Source: Takakia lepidozioides (lineage: Eukaryota; Plantae; Bryophyta). From it: DNA of 64,000 nt. A program made the position numbers and the translations under genes. The notes under the pieces are model-generated. The model was not told the origin of the DNA. It did not search any database and saw only the letters and a list, made by a program, of their open reading frames with translations. Below, in pieces: positions 1 through 12,426 of this stretch. Location: the NCBI GenBank assembly GCA_030704615.1, contig CM060733.1, positions 20,460,001 to 20,524,000 on the forward strand, read 5' to 3'. Every line of letters begins with the position of its first letter. The stretch's first letter is position 1.

Positions 1-885
1 TAGGAAGGGAGGACCGGGATCTCTTGGCTACCCCACTGCCACTTAAGATCACTTCCTCCCTCTCCTCTGTCGTTGAATGCTACCACTGCACATTTGCTGA
101 CATTAGCCTCTAGCCCCCAAAGATCAAAGTATCTCTTCGCGCAATCAATCAACTCCTGGAGATTGGTTGGAGTCTCCCCTATGCCTGCGAAGTCATCCGC
201 AAACATAAGGGCTGGTATGGTGGTATCACCCACCCTTAACCCAAATCCCTCACTTTCCACATCCTCGAGGAGTTGATTGATGAAAACATTGAAGAGCAGA
301 GGGGAGAGAGTACATCCTTGAGCTACACCTTGGTCTATGTCAAAGAAGTTGGACTTCTGTCCGTTAACAGTGACACAGCTTTTGGTGTGAGCATACAAGT
401 TGTGGACAACTCTCCACATCTTTCCCTTGATCCCACAAGACCAGAGGCGGAACCATAGGCCATCTCTCCACACTGTGTCATAAGCCTTTTTGACATCCAG
501 GAAAAAGACATAAGTGGGTTTCCCTTCTTTTTTCCTTCCCTGGATAATCTGGGCTTAGAGTGAAGATATGATCCACACAGCCCCTGTTTCGCCGAAAGCC
601 AGCTTGGCCTTCGTGGAAACAACCTCTAGACTCCAGATCAACCTCGAGACGAGTACTTATAACTCTGCAGAATGTCTTGCCAACAGCATTGAGGAGCGTG
701 ATGCCACGGTAGTTCCCCGGTTCTTCTCTGTCACCCTTCTTATATAGATTGACAATGACCCCCTGTCGCCAGCGAAAGGGGATCATTTCAGTCTTCCAGA
801 TAAGGTTAAAGAGGAGAACTAGGGCCTCTATCATGGGATCGCCACCGTGCTTGATAAGCTCGTTGACAATACCATCAGGTCCACC
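1..885 (-). mobile_element. 5'-truncated non-LTR retrotransposon RT fragment (RTE/CR1-like) inside an ATR intron; continues off the left edge
   Basis: Minus-strand translation gives GPDGI, NYRGITLLN and QAGFRRNRGCVDHIFTL. After a frameshift near 555 it gives FLDVKKAYDTV, QGVAQGCTLSPLLFNVFI and LMFADD, the standard LINE RT motifs. Confidence 0.9.
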
Positions 886-972
886 AGAGAGAATAGAGAG
901 AATAGAGAATAGAGAATAGAGAGAGACTCTGGAGTGAAACCACTGGCAGCTTGTCGAATCCACTTGACATAC

Positions 973-3900
973 CTTATCATGCATCCAAGGTATCCAATCA
1001 TGCAATATCTGGATTAACCGCTGGTTACAAATAGTCTTGGGAAACTTGGCAAAAACCCGCACGAGCACACAAAGTGCTGCTAACTTCCCTTCAACACTTG
1101 AGATCTCTGCCCCCACCCTCTCTAAGGGTTGCAAGGTGTCTGTCATTTGCATCACCTCCTCATGGATAGAAGCAGCTGATGCAGATCTCTGCTGTTCTGA
1201 TCTGAAGCTGGAGAGAAAACCAGCGATGCATTCACTGCTGGCACCCAGAACAGCTGGTTCTCCCTCAGTCTGAACATCTTTCATGGAGGTTTGCGGAGGC
1301 CCATTGATGTTAGAGTGCGAAATTGAAGCATCTACCTGCACCACTGCCAACCCTGTTCTTTGAGCATTCCGTCTCCGCCGTTTGGACTGTGAACTCTCAT
1401 CCTCTTGGCTACTTCCTGCTGTGTCTGAAAAGTCTGGCTCGAGCAGAAGAGGCCAAGTGTGACGGGGCGAATCAAGTCTCCTGCAAATGCTGTCCACTGG
1501 GGCTTGCCTTACCTCTGAGGATTCCTGGGCAAATAGCCCCCCGAAATTGGTAGCTGTACCTCCCACCTCATTAGGGCCAAGTGTTTCAACAGCCAGTTGG
1601 ATACAGCAACTCAGAGGGGAAACAACTTCAGGGATGAAGGCTAATTGGAGAAGAGAGCACATATGCTCAGAATACGAAGGGCACTGTTTGATGATCATCA
1701 CAAAGATATCGCACATGGCTACCTGAAACAGACATATAACAAGTCGTATTAAGAGAGGGAATTGCTTGGTCTTGTTCTGACATACTTCTTCAAAGAAACT
1801 TTTTAGAAGATCAAGAGATATCACCTGAACGGACTATGTCCAGACTACTTGGTCAATATGGCACCCTTGAGATTCCCTGATTACATAACTAGAGAACTAT
1901 CCCACACAACCTGAGAGCCTTTCACCAATCAAGAGGCAACTAAAAGCAGAAAAGCGAGAAGCTCCATGGCAGCAATGAGAGGGGAGGCATCCAGACAGAG
2001 AGAAGCTCATTCTTACCTTCAACTCCCAACTAGAGGAATGTCTGACCGTCTGAGGCAACACATCCAACAGAGACTGAGCTGTGCACTGTATGGTTCCACT
2101 CTGACCGGTTGTATACAGAGCAAGGAGGCAACCGCCCAGAGCTCCATCATAATCAGCAGTCCTGATATCCATCCATCCCTTCATCCACTCCAATCAGTCC
2201 AGATCGGATAAGAAATTTCTGGACCCCTATGACTAGCATCCCAGACAATTTTGAGGCACTCGCACGTAGTGTAATCAAGGTGTCCTTCAACATCTTTAGG
2301 AACATTGTTAGCAGACTAAAGATCAATCATTGTTGTACCTGAATGGAACAATTCTACCATCATTGAGAGACAAGATAGAGATTATGGACAGAATAAGTTT
2401 CTCGCTTGGGATAGCTTCTGCATCCATCACTGTCGTGGCAGTGCACACCAACTCAAAGCAGGCCTGCATGCACAAGATCCAACCCAATGCTCTCAGATGT
2501 ACATTTGCAACTGACTAATACGATTGAGGAAGCAAACCTCTGCAAGGTCTCCCATGGATAATGCATCTGATTCCTACATACACGTGCTACCCTTGTGGAC
2601 ATTTATTCAAAGTAGTCTTTGTTAGACCAATGAGACTATTTAAGATAATGACTTCAGGAATCCACGGAGCGGGAAGGAGGAAGTAAAGGATGCAGCAATC
2701 AATTTTAACAAATTTCTTCTTATTTAGGCTTGAGCATACACAGCAGAGAAAACTTCTAACCCTCTTCACTTGTCTCTCCTAATTCATTGAGAGATCCCAA
2801 TGTCCTGAAGGAACATCATCTTTGAGCAGAGCCCTGACCAACACAAATTTCTGCCAAATTTTCCGAACTCTTGCAACATGGTGTGGCATGCAACACGGTC
2901 TGGTGGTATGAAGGTGGTTCATGGCCATTTCTTGTCTTGGCACAGTTCATTTATTCCTGATCCTCAGTACAGTGTTCTGTACTCCCCAGTTCCCCCAAAA
3001 AACGGACAGAGAAAGGTCACCTTGTGCAACTGACTGTCACCATAGCTGAGCAATGAACCAACTGCAGCCACAAACGATGAAGTCAGAAGGCCTTCAATCT
3101 GAAGGGCACCTTCAGAAAGATAGCGGACCAAGAGCTTCAGTGTCCATTCAGCAAGAGGCTGCCACCTGGTCTCCCCTGTCACATCAATCAGCAGCCCTGG
3201 GCCCTGGAGAGGGGTCCAGCAAGAAGGAATCCCACAAAAAGGGGCAGGCATGCTGCCTGGCTCAATCCCATCATCTACCCCAGAATATGCTTTCATATAG
3301 CATTGCAGAGAAACAGTTGTGCACATTGTGAAGCTCGTTGGAGAAGAAAAGAAGGAGGCAATCGACACCAAATCTGCAGAACAAGTGCAGCTGTGAGAAA
3401 CCTACCCAGGAAGAGAGATTCTGAAACCTTCTAGCCGCCATTCACATCTGCACTAAACTCAGAATATGGATACTTCAGTAATGTTAAGTGTATTACTCAA
3501 TATTTGAAGTTTTCCAGCAACGATCATCACAGTTGACGAAGCTGTGTTCTTTCACAGCAGTTCCTATCAGAAGTGAACTTGACCACGTTTGATTGTTAAG
3601 CTGCTTCCTGTATATTTTTTCCCCCTCTATGTCTCAGTATCCACATAAGTAGATGCATTACGGCAGGTCTTCAAGGTGGGCACAGCACTCATTAATTAGT
3701 TGAACAGTCTTAAACACAAGTTTTCTGGGGTGAAAAGTTTCCAGGTAAGACCCCTGTCTCAGGCCCTGGATGCTCCAGCATTGCTGAGATTTTCGAAGAG
3801 AAGATTGAGCAATCAAGGATGAACTTTTTCAAATCACATTGTGTACCTTCCACAAGAACCATGGCATCGATGAAGATTTGACAATAGGTCTCACGCTCAC

Positions 3901-5084
3901 CAATACGAAGCAGTGACAACAAAGCACACAGTGTATCAAAGAGGCCCCCATGCCGCCCACTGAGATCATGAGCACACAAAAAGTAAGCATAAGCAATATA
4001 AGCAGTGTGAGACCAATATTCCGAGGTATGGTACAAATTGCTGAGGAAAAATCTGATCTTAAATAAATGGAGATTGCTCCTATGAGAGTTCAGCACTGAC
4101 CTCAAGTCAGGCTCTGCAAAGAGAGGAATGATGCGGCCTAGTATTGGCAGCACCGTGTGCCCCTTCCCATGGAAAAACACACCCGGGTAATGCTTTACTG
4201 TGTGGCACAGCAACTTCAAAATTGCCATAAGCTCCAGCTCCTTCACTGCAACTTGTCACATAATATTTCACCCTTGATAAGAAAAATACTATCTCAGATC
4301 AGTTATTTCAATGAAAGGATATAGCCATAACCACTGAGCCCATCAGCAAAGGATTAGATATCCTCCCAAATCTTACATCTGGCATTCCGCAAGCTCAAGT
4401 CCTAAACCCTGACTCCTGAATGACAGAATTTTTTGAAAACCTTCCAGATTATGCCACCTGATTGTCTACAAGGGGGTTGCTGGACACCAAGTGCAAACAT
4501 CTGGCCGAATGAGCTCCATTGCAGTTGGATTGTTGTACTTGCTTTTGTTCCACACTCTATAGCTGTACCTCAAAATTCCACTGATGCTAAAGAGCTCAAT
4601 TGTGCCTCTCAACAACCAGCATTTTCCTCTTACTATAAGGATACGATCCCTTTCAGAATCCTACATGTTCCAAGTGTTCTGCCTTTAGATAACTTAATGA
4701 CTACAAAGCATAGCATGATAGATCAAACACGAAGTATGTGACATTAGGCTTATTTTGTCGGAGACAGGTCTGAAAGAGGAGCTCCAAGAAGTGGCTAGCG
4801 GACCTAAAGACTGGATGACAACTTTACAACAAACATATACACTTCAAACCCGGAAAGCAGGTGTTGATGTCAATAACCAGATGTCCATACCAAATTGAAT
4901 AAAAAATCGCTGACACTCACACACCTTTGAACGGCACCAAGTAGCCTTCAAGAAGATTTGGAAGCACGGAGCGGAACCGAGATTCAACTGGATCGTCATC
5001 ATCATATTGAGTGCTGCTGGAACCATCGCCCTTACTCGCAATATGGTCGCCCAAATCGCGCAGTAGAACAAATAGATCTGCCAT
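973..5084 (-). CDS. ATR: Serine/threonine kinase ATR, N-terminal exons; the gene should continue beyond the left edge
   Basis: GT-AG exons 5084-4925, 4245-4101, 3959-3847, 3373-3021, 2463-2339, 2161-2017 and 1722-973 splice in frame. Peptides ESRFRSVLPNLL, PGVFFHGKGHTVLPILGRIIPLFAEP and GPGLLIDVTGETRWQPLAEW match the plant ATR N-terminus as I recall it. Confidence 0.88.
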
Positions 5085-5993
5085 TCCTTCCCTCAGGGCC
5101 AGCACTTCTTGTCCCTTCGCCAGTAACTACATTTTTCTTTTTCTTCTCATTTTCTTACACACGCAGCTCACAATTCAGATCCGAAGTAGGGAAAACAGAA
5201 TCCCTTTGCAACAAATCAAGCGCGACAGGCTCTGCTAAGAGCATACAACGCTTGTGTGTTGGCCATCGTCTCACTCCTCGGAGTCCTCCTCCTCCGCAGT
5301 GAACGCTGTTCCCAACCACTCCCAGTGTGTAGCCACAGTATGAGAACCTTTGAGAGCAACCCTACATCGTGCTCTATGTTCCGAGCATTGGGGTCGGGAT
5401 TTCGTCTTCCCGCCATAATTCTCCTGCAGTTCGATGTATGAGTAGTTCGGGCGTGGATGATGGATGGATGATAGGATTATGCTGCGTGAGACCTCGCCAT
5501 CTTTTTTCTTTCTTTTTTTCTTTTTTCTTTATTAACTCAACGATACTAAAACGGGGTCGGACAAACCCCCCCCCCCCCCCCCAATTTCATAATAACAAGA
5601 GACGCAGCAATCCAGCAATCAGGGGATGGAGCTCCGCAATTGCCGGTGAGAGGCTCCCGCACTTAGCCGTTTTTGGAGTTCTCCCTGCCCCACCTATGCT
5701 TCGCTTCGCTATCTTTCATCTTCTCCCTTCTCCCTGAGAGATTTCATCTCTCTCTATCCATGCTTTCTCCAGGAATGAATGTTTCTTGCGGTGAGTCGTG
5801 AAAAGCCCCTTCTTCGTCGCCCTGCAGTAATTTTACTGATAGTGACGTCCCACCACCACGTGTGATTAATTCGTTCACCTCTGTGGCACTGTCCACCCAC
5901 CCCTTTCATAGCTGATTCTTTTCCCGCCTACGAAGTGTCTCTTACGAGCCCACAACAGCGTTTATGGATTTCCGGCTCCTTCAATAGCGTGGC

Positions 5994-7356
5994 GTGGTTC
6001 CCCTTCAGTCTATTTTTGGTTACTCTCAGCTTGGTTCTGCTACTTCTCTGAGCCCAACATTAACGCGAAGTCGGCTATACTATTGCGTTTGTCTCGTGCT
6101 CCAGGGGGGGGGAGTAACGTTTTCTCGTTTTCCGTGTAATTTTGGCAGGCTGGCGATGGCCCCTCTGAGATTTTGGTCTTCTTTGCTACTTCACACCTTG
6201 GTTTTTCACTCATTCCTCCTCTCGGCGCTCTGTCATATCTCTTTCCATCGTTTTGGCTTCTTCGCAGCTCTTCCACAAACGTTCTCCCTGCTAGAGATGG
6301 CGTCGTTTGTCTCGGCAGTTCCTCTTCGCAGAAGAATAGAAGAGATTCTAGGAGGGATGCAAGAAAAGACTCTTGGTGGGAGCAGTCTCGGTGAAGATCC
6401 AGGTCACTCTGATCATCTTTGGCTTTCCAGATGGGAAGCCTTCAATTCTATTGACAGGAGACACTATGTTTCTTAATGCCTACATTTCAGAAGTGGATGT
6501 CTTCTCCCTTACTGATTCCCAGGAGATTGACCTCATGATCTCCAAGGTTAAGCAGATCTTTTCCTCCCAACTCCCACTTTTCTCTCTATCTGCAGAAACG
6601 GCAATCTACTTTGGTTCCTTTCTCTTTCGGGAAAACGTTGCCCCTTACGATTTCTCTGTGCAGGTGCTTCCTGTCATGAGACTCTCTGAAATCAGATTAC
6701 TTGAGGCACGTATTGATAACTTGAGGTGGCTCTCTGGAGATTCCATTCCTAATGATGAGGGCTTGCAAGGGGAAAAACAATGGATGGCAGAGATTATGCA
6801 AGCGGGCAACATGCTTCTGACAGCAGCCGAGAAGGCCAAGGCTTATGCTGCCTCTCTGGTGAAACCCCACTCAAGTGACGGTCTCATGGTCATCCCCACA
6901 AAGGAGGTGGAATCTCCTTCAAAGAATCTGGCCCCTATGGACCTGGCTATTCAAGCTCCCCCTCCAGTGAGCCAACCTCTTTTTCTCTCTCCTCTGCTAG
7001 GCTCTGCCTTTCTAGACTCTGGTATGATATGGCAGATGCCCTTGGTTTGCTTGCATGTCCTCAGAAGAACCTCTTCCCTGCCTACACACTTCACTGTCTT
7101 GTATTTCCGGGGCCCCATTTGTTTCTTGTATCAAAGACTCAGAAAGTGGGCGAATTGCTCAGGATGGACAGGTGTAAAGCGGCCGCACAGGCCCATTTTT
7201 ATAAGATTGACATCCTTGGTCATCTGCTCTGTGACCTTTGGAGCCTTTGGGACAGTTGAATCCGCTTCTTTTCAGGGTTACAAAATGTGCTATCTTTTTT
7301 TTTTCAAGCCATCAAATCATGGGTCTACCATGGGCTTGCCACCAAAACCTCCATGA
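5994..7356 (+). pseudogene. Putative LINE ORF1, frameshifted, with no recognisable motif
   Basis: ORFs 5994-6476 and 6373-7356 lie directly upstream of ORF2. The stop codon overlaps the ORF2 start (ATGA 7353-7356). Confidence 0.6.
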
Positions 7357-10300
7357 ATTGTTCTCTGATTTCCTGGAATGTTCGAGGCATTGGGTCGGAG
7401 GCCACTATGCCAAAACGCAGAAGACTGCAACGATGAGCTTCCTCATTGATCAACTTGTGTGCTATCATCTTCTTACAGGAGCACAAGCTAGATCAGACAA
7501 AAATTGATGCTATAGGTCCTTCTTAATGCATGCTAGTGGAACCCGACGATAGCTGACTCCCGTGGGGGAAGTACCATCCTCGTTTCTCCAGCTCTGCTCC
7601 CTTCCGTTTCCAGAGTAGAAACCAGTGTTGGCCGGGTACCATGTTTTGAGCCCTCTTCCGGTCCCAATTATGGCCTACTCCTTGAAAAAAGTGGATGGTC
7701 GGGGCAGGGTATAACAATAGGTTTGAAAAACATCTCAGTTACAGGTTCTAATTAAACACATGAATATTTTCTTGTCCGGTTCTCAATCTACCGGTTATGC
7801 CATCTTAAAAATTGCCGGTTCCATGGTACCGGTTATAGGATTCATCCATTTTTATTTTTTTATTTTTTTCTAGCATTTTTTTGTATGTGTGTAAAACTAC
7901 ACAAGAGGGTTGTGGCATGGTGGTAAGCCACTCATGTATTGGCCTGTGGGTCTCGGGTTCAAAAGTTCAACCCCTACCATCTATCTCTCTGCCTTCAGGC
8001 TGCCCCTGTAATACTCTAAGTTTATAACAATTGTTTTAGCCAAATGCTCAACTAATCAATTTCCTATTTACTTGGGCATTCTCAATGTTGTGCACCTAAT
8101 TTCCTCAACCATTGTAAACGTATTGTTAGTAGTAAGACATAATCAGGATATGTCCATATGCAATAATCTTAACTGCCATCACCAACCCCTATACATATAT
8201 TATCTAGAACCACCTCTACGCCATGCACATTTGCTCCGGATCCTGCTCCGGATATAACACCCTTACAATCCCGATGCCGGTTCTCTAGCCGGTTAGGAAG
8301 CTCGATGGCTTTTGCCGGTTCCCTTCCATAGCCGGTTCCTCCTGGGGCTACACTTTCCGGGTATGCATATGTGCATAACCGGCAAATAACCGCCGGGTAT
8401 GCATGTGCAGATGCCATACCCGGCCAACACTGGTAGAAACCTGGCTGCCAGGCCGTGTGCAATGTGCTTTTACGTTACCTGACTCTTCATTTCAGGAATG
8501 TGCTTTCGTGAACATCTATGCCCCGAATTCTGTAATTGACAGGGTTACCTTCTGGTCTTTTCTAAGGCATAAAGTTTTGAGCTTCCCCCTCATTTCTCAC
8601 TGGATTTTCGGAGGGGATTTTAATATGGTTGAAAGTTCCAGGGACAGACTCATCAGTTCCTCTCCTTGTTTATCTTTAGAAGAGTCCGATGCTTGGGAAT
8701 CTTTCTGCTTTTCTGTTGGTATGGTTGATGTTTTGGAGGAGAACTCGCGCGGGCTCCGTTTCACTTGGTCCAACAATCGTCTGCCTCCTGATTTGCGTAT
8801 GGCCCATTTAGATAGGGTCTATTGCTCCCCCACCCCTTTGATTTGGGCCAGGCCTCAAATCCAGGGGCCTATTCTTCCTAATTTTGATCATGCTAGCGTC
8901 TCCATTACCTTCTCTCTTCCTGGGACGAAATCTAAAAGGAATGGGTTTTTCAGGCTAAACCCTGCATTCCTGGATATCCCCTCCTTACTGCAGCAAATCA
9001 AAGACACCTGGATGGCTTCGGGTAACAATTTTTCTTCCCCTACCCTTAGATTCATTCGGAAATTGGAAGCTATCAAAAAAGTGGCCAGTGCTCTGGCATT
9101 ATCCTTTGCGAAAGAGAGGAACAGTAGGGAGAAAGCTCTCCTTAAATGTCTTGCGCAATGTCAATAGGTCATAGAATCTAATTGGATGGGCCCTCAGACT
9201 ATGTCTTCTTTTAACCTGGCAAAGCGTAATTTAGCTGACCTGCTCAGACTCAAAGAGGATTCTCTTCGTAGAAAAGCAGGTATCAATTGGTCGCTAAAGG
9301 GAGAAAAGATGTCGCGGTACTTCTTCTTGAAGGCTAAGCAACGAAGGGATGCAACTACGATCAGCTCCTTCTCTGGTTTGGCGGGTGAAACTCACACTGA
9401 GCCTAAGGCTATGACCTCTTTTGCGGCCTCCTACTTCTCAGCCTTGTTTAGCAAGCCTGTTCCTAATCTGCAGCACTCGGATTCCAAGCAAGCTGTCCTG
9501 GACTCAATTCCTTCGCTGGTCTCAGCCGAGGACTTGCTCTCCCTGTCAGCTCCTTTCACAGCTTCAGAGCTAGAAGATGCGTTGGATAACCTCAGCTCTT
9601 TCAAATCGCCCGGGTTGGATGGCCTACCTGTTGAATTCTTCAAAGTTCTTTGGCAGGAGATTAGCGGTGACTTTGTGGCCATGACACATGACATCCTCAG
9701 GAAAGGCATTATGCCTTCCCAGCTCTCTCAAGGGTCATTACCCTCATTTTTAAGAAAGGCAATAGGGAAGACATCAAGAACTATAGACCCATCACTCTCC
9801 TAAATTCGGTCTACAAGGTAATTGCTAGAGCCCTCTCCAATCGCCTTCAACCTCTGATGAACAAGCTCATTAGACCGGAGCAAACGGGCTTTATTAAAAA
9901 GAGAATGATCCTCGACAATATTCTGCTGGTCAATGAGGCCCTTCACCATGTTGAGCTCTCAAACCAACCTTTAGCGCTTCTCATGCTGGATTTTGAAAAA
10001 GCTTTTGACAACATTGGTTGGGACTACCTCTTCTCCGCTATCGAAAAAATGTGGGATTTCAGGAGATTTCCTCCTATGGATTAAAATCCTGCTCACCTCA
10101 GCCAGCAGTAAGACCATGGTAAATGGGGCTCTTTCTAAGCCTTTCCAACTTTTTCGTTCTGTAAGGCAAGGTTGCCCACTTTCACCTTTTCTCTTCCTAA
10201 TTGCAGCTGACGGTTTGGGTCATCTACTACAAGCTCACGAATATATTCTAGGCCCTCAGGGTACCTCATCCCCCTCTCCTGCTTACAGTATCAAAAACTC

Positions 10301-12426
10301 GATGTATGCTGATGATACAATTCTTCTCATTAACAACAGCTCCTCTCGTAATGTTTCTCGCACCTTGGTCTCACTATCCACTTTTTGTGAGGCCTTTGGG
10401 CTTAAAGTAAATTGGGGTAAATCCGTTGGGATTCTTTCAAAGCTATCTGACGGTTTTGCTGCCTCCCATTGCCTGCCTTGGGGTCAATCGGACAATCTTC
10501 ACTGGTTACAAGATGGAGAAACGCATGTCCTTCTAAGACATCAGATTGGGCATGGGCTGACTGATCTCCAAAGATGTGAGCCTATGCTTGCAAAGTTAAA
10601 AAGAAAGCTAGCCTATTGGAGCTCACTTCACCTCTCTATTGTGGGAAGAGCGTTAGTGGCAAACCAGATCCTTCAAGCCTCCAATTGGTTCGGTTCAGCA
10701 GTCTGGTCCCCTGGACCTGTCATTATCAAGAAGATTAAGGCTCTAATTTGCAACTTCATTTGGGGTGCGTCTCCTGATAGACCTAACAGACGAGCGTTAG
10801 TCAGTTGGGCACAAATCACCCTGAGAAAGAAGAATGGAGGCCTTGGCATCTTGGACCCGGAGACTCAGATTTGTGCTCTTCTAGCTAAATGGGTTCCTCG
10901 GTTGTTCTGCAACCTCTCTGCCCCCTGGAGCATTCTGGTAAGACAACATGTCATTAATGCCCGTCCCTCCTCCTCTCCTGTTTGGCCTCATTCGTTAAAA
11001 TGGGTGGTTCAAGGCGGTTCTTCAAATTCTAAACCTATGGTGGGATCAGATGCCTGGAAATCTATATGGGCTGTCTGGATTAAAATGCGAGCTCACCTCT
11101 TGCGAAGGAGACCCCGACCATCTTTGAAGAGGCATCCAGACAGCCCCTTTTTGCCAACACAATAGGAACCGTCTTGCAAAAATGTTCCAAACGATGGGCA
11201 CACTAGGATGTGGCCAACGTCAGCCACTTCTCCCACATCTGGGAAGATGGAGCGCTCTTGCACAGGGCCATAGCCACCCCCAACCTCTCCTCTAGAAGAT
11301 CTTTGGCTGGTTGGGACTCGTTTGTCAATGATCTGCCTTTGGACTGGATTTCCCTGGCTTCATTTCCTGCGAACATCATATCCTTGCCTGCCTGGGTGGG
11401 CTGCACTCTTCAGTCGGGTCTGCTTGCCCTTTATGCAATCTCCAGGGAGGGAAACCTTCTCCAAGGATGGAGTTTCCAGGTTAAGGATTCGGGTGCCCTA
11501 ACCTTCCCTCTTCTGTGTGAACTTGAAGAGATCAAATGCTATGCCATCCGTGTAATTTGCATGGCGACGGGGGAGGTAAATCCTTCGCTGGATCAGGTAG
11601 ACATATAAACCCCTTCCTTGTATGGTTCCTTCGAGCTCTAGTTTTACTCCTTCAATTCGATCCAGGCGAATGGAATTGGGATGATAGAAAGAGCACCCCC
11701 TTTTTTAAATATTCGGTAAAGCTGGGGTCTTCCCTTCTCAAAAAAACCTCCTCTCTGGATGCCAAATGGACCTTGAAATGGTCTCACATTTCTGACTGTT
11801 CCTCTGTTTGGTCTTGTATCTGGGGTGACGTCTGGAGGAAGGACAGGGCTTCTAAAATCACTGGTTTCTTATGGAAATTGGTCAAGAGAATCCTTCATGT
11901 GAAAGCTCACATCTCGGATGGCTCCATGTTATGTACTTCTTGTGGGCTGCAGGCTTCGGAATCATTAAAACACTGTCTGTTTGAATGCCCTCTTGCTGCT
12001 GCTATTTGGGTGCAGGTCCTGGCTTTCTATAGCCAATGGAAACAGCTTCCAATGCCTTGCCCTTCAATTCTGCTTTTAAATTTCTCGCAGGGTAAATTGT
12101 GGGCAGATTGCCCTGTTTGGGCCACAATCATAGCCCATACCTTATGGCAAATCTGGAAAGCCAGATGTGCCAATGTCTTTGCTGGGAGGCCTTGCAATGT
12201 AAGAGTGATTCTTTGTCTAGTTCACTCAGACCTGTTGTCTGAGGCCCGTAAGGCGTGGCGGGTGTTGGGAATAGCTCTTCGCAGGTGTGATGGCAGAAAG
12301 GGGACTCAGCTACTCACCAAATTCAACGACGCTTGGGGAAAAGGAGCCACCATCTGCACTAGAGATTCAGCAGGGACTCGAATTCGCTGGAAGGACTCCA
12401 TCCCTCCAAGCTGGGAGTTCCTTTAG
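7353..12426 (+). pseudogene. LINE ORF2 (AP endonuclease + RT + zf-RVT), disrupted by stops, frameshifts and a MITE
   Basis: Starts MNCSLISWNVRG at 7353. Fragments 8403-9167, 9186-9803, 9857-10084, 9993-11165 and 11536-12426 carry consecutive domains. Confidence 0.9.
7623..8432. mobile_element. Non-autonomous hAT-type element (MITE) inserted in the LINE endonuclease domain
   Basis: Perfect 16-bp TIR CAGTGTTGGCCGGGTA / TACCCGGCCAACACTG. 8-bp TSD GTAGAAAC at 7615-7622 and 8433-8440. Subterminal CCGGTT motifs. Confidence 0.93.

Noticed and set aside
478-1824. 448-aa ORF as a genuine ATR-RT fusion gene or evidence that ATR is disrupted
   Set aside because: A canonical donor at 972 and acceptor at 1723 delimit a normal 750-nt ATR exon, so the RT lies in the intron.
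5126-5416. Upstream ATG exon that could splice in frame to extend the ATR N-terminus
   Set aside because: The frame fits, but the donor (GTTCTC) is weak and the acceptor lacks a pyrimidine tract. Homology starts at ATG 5084.
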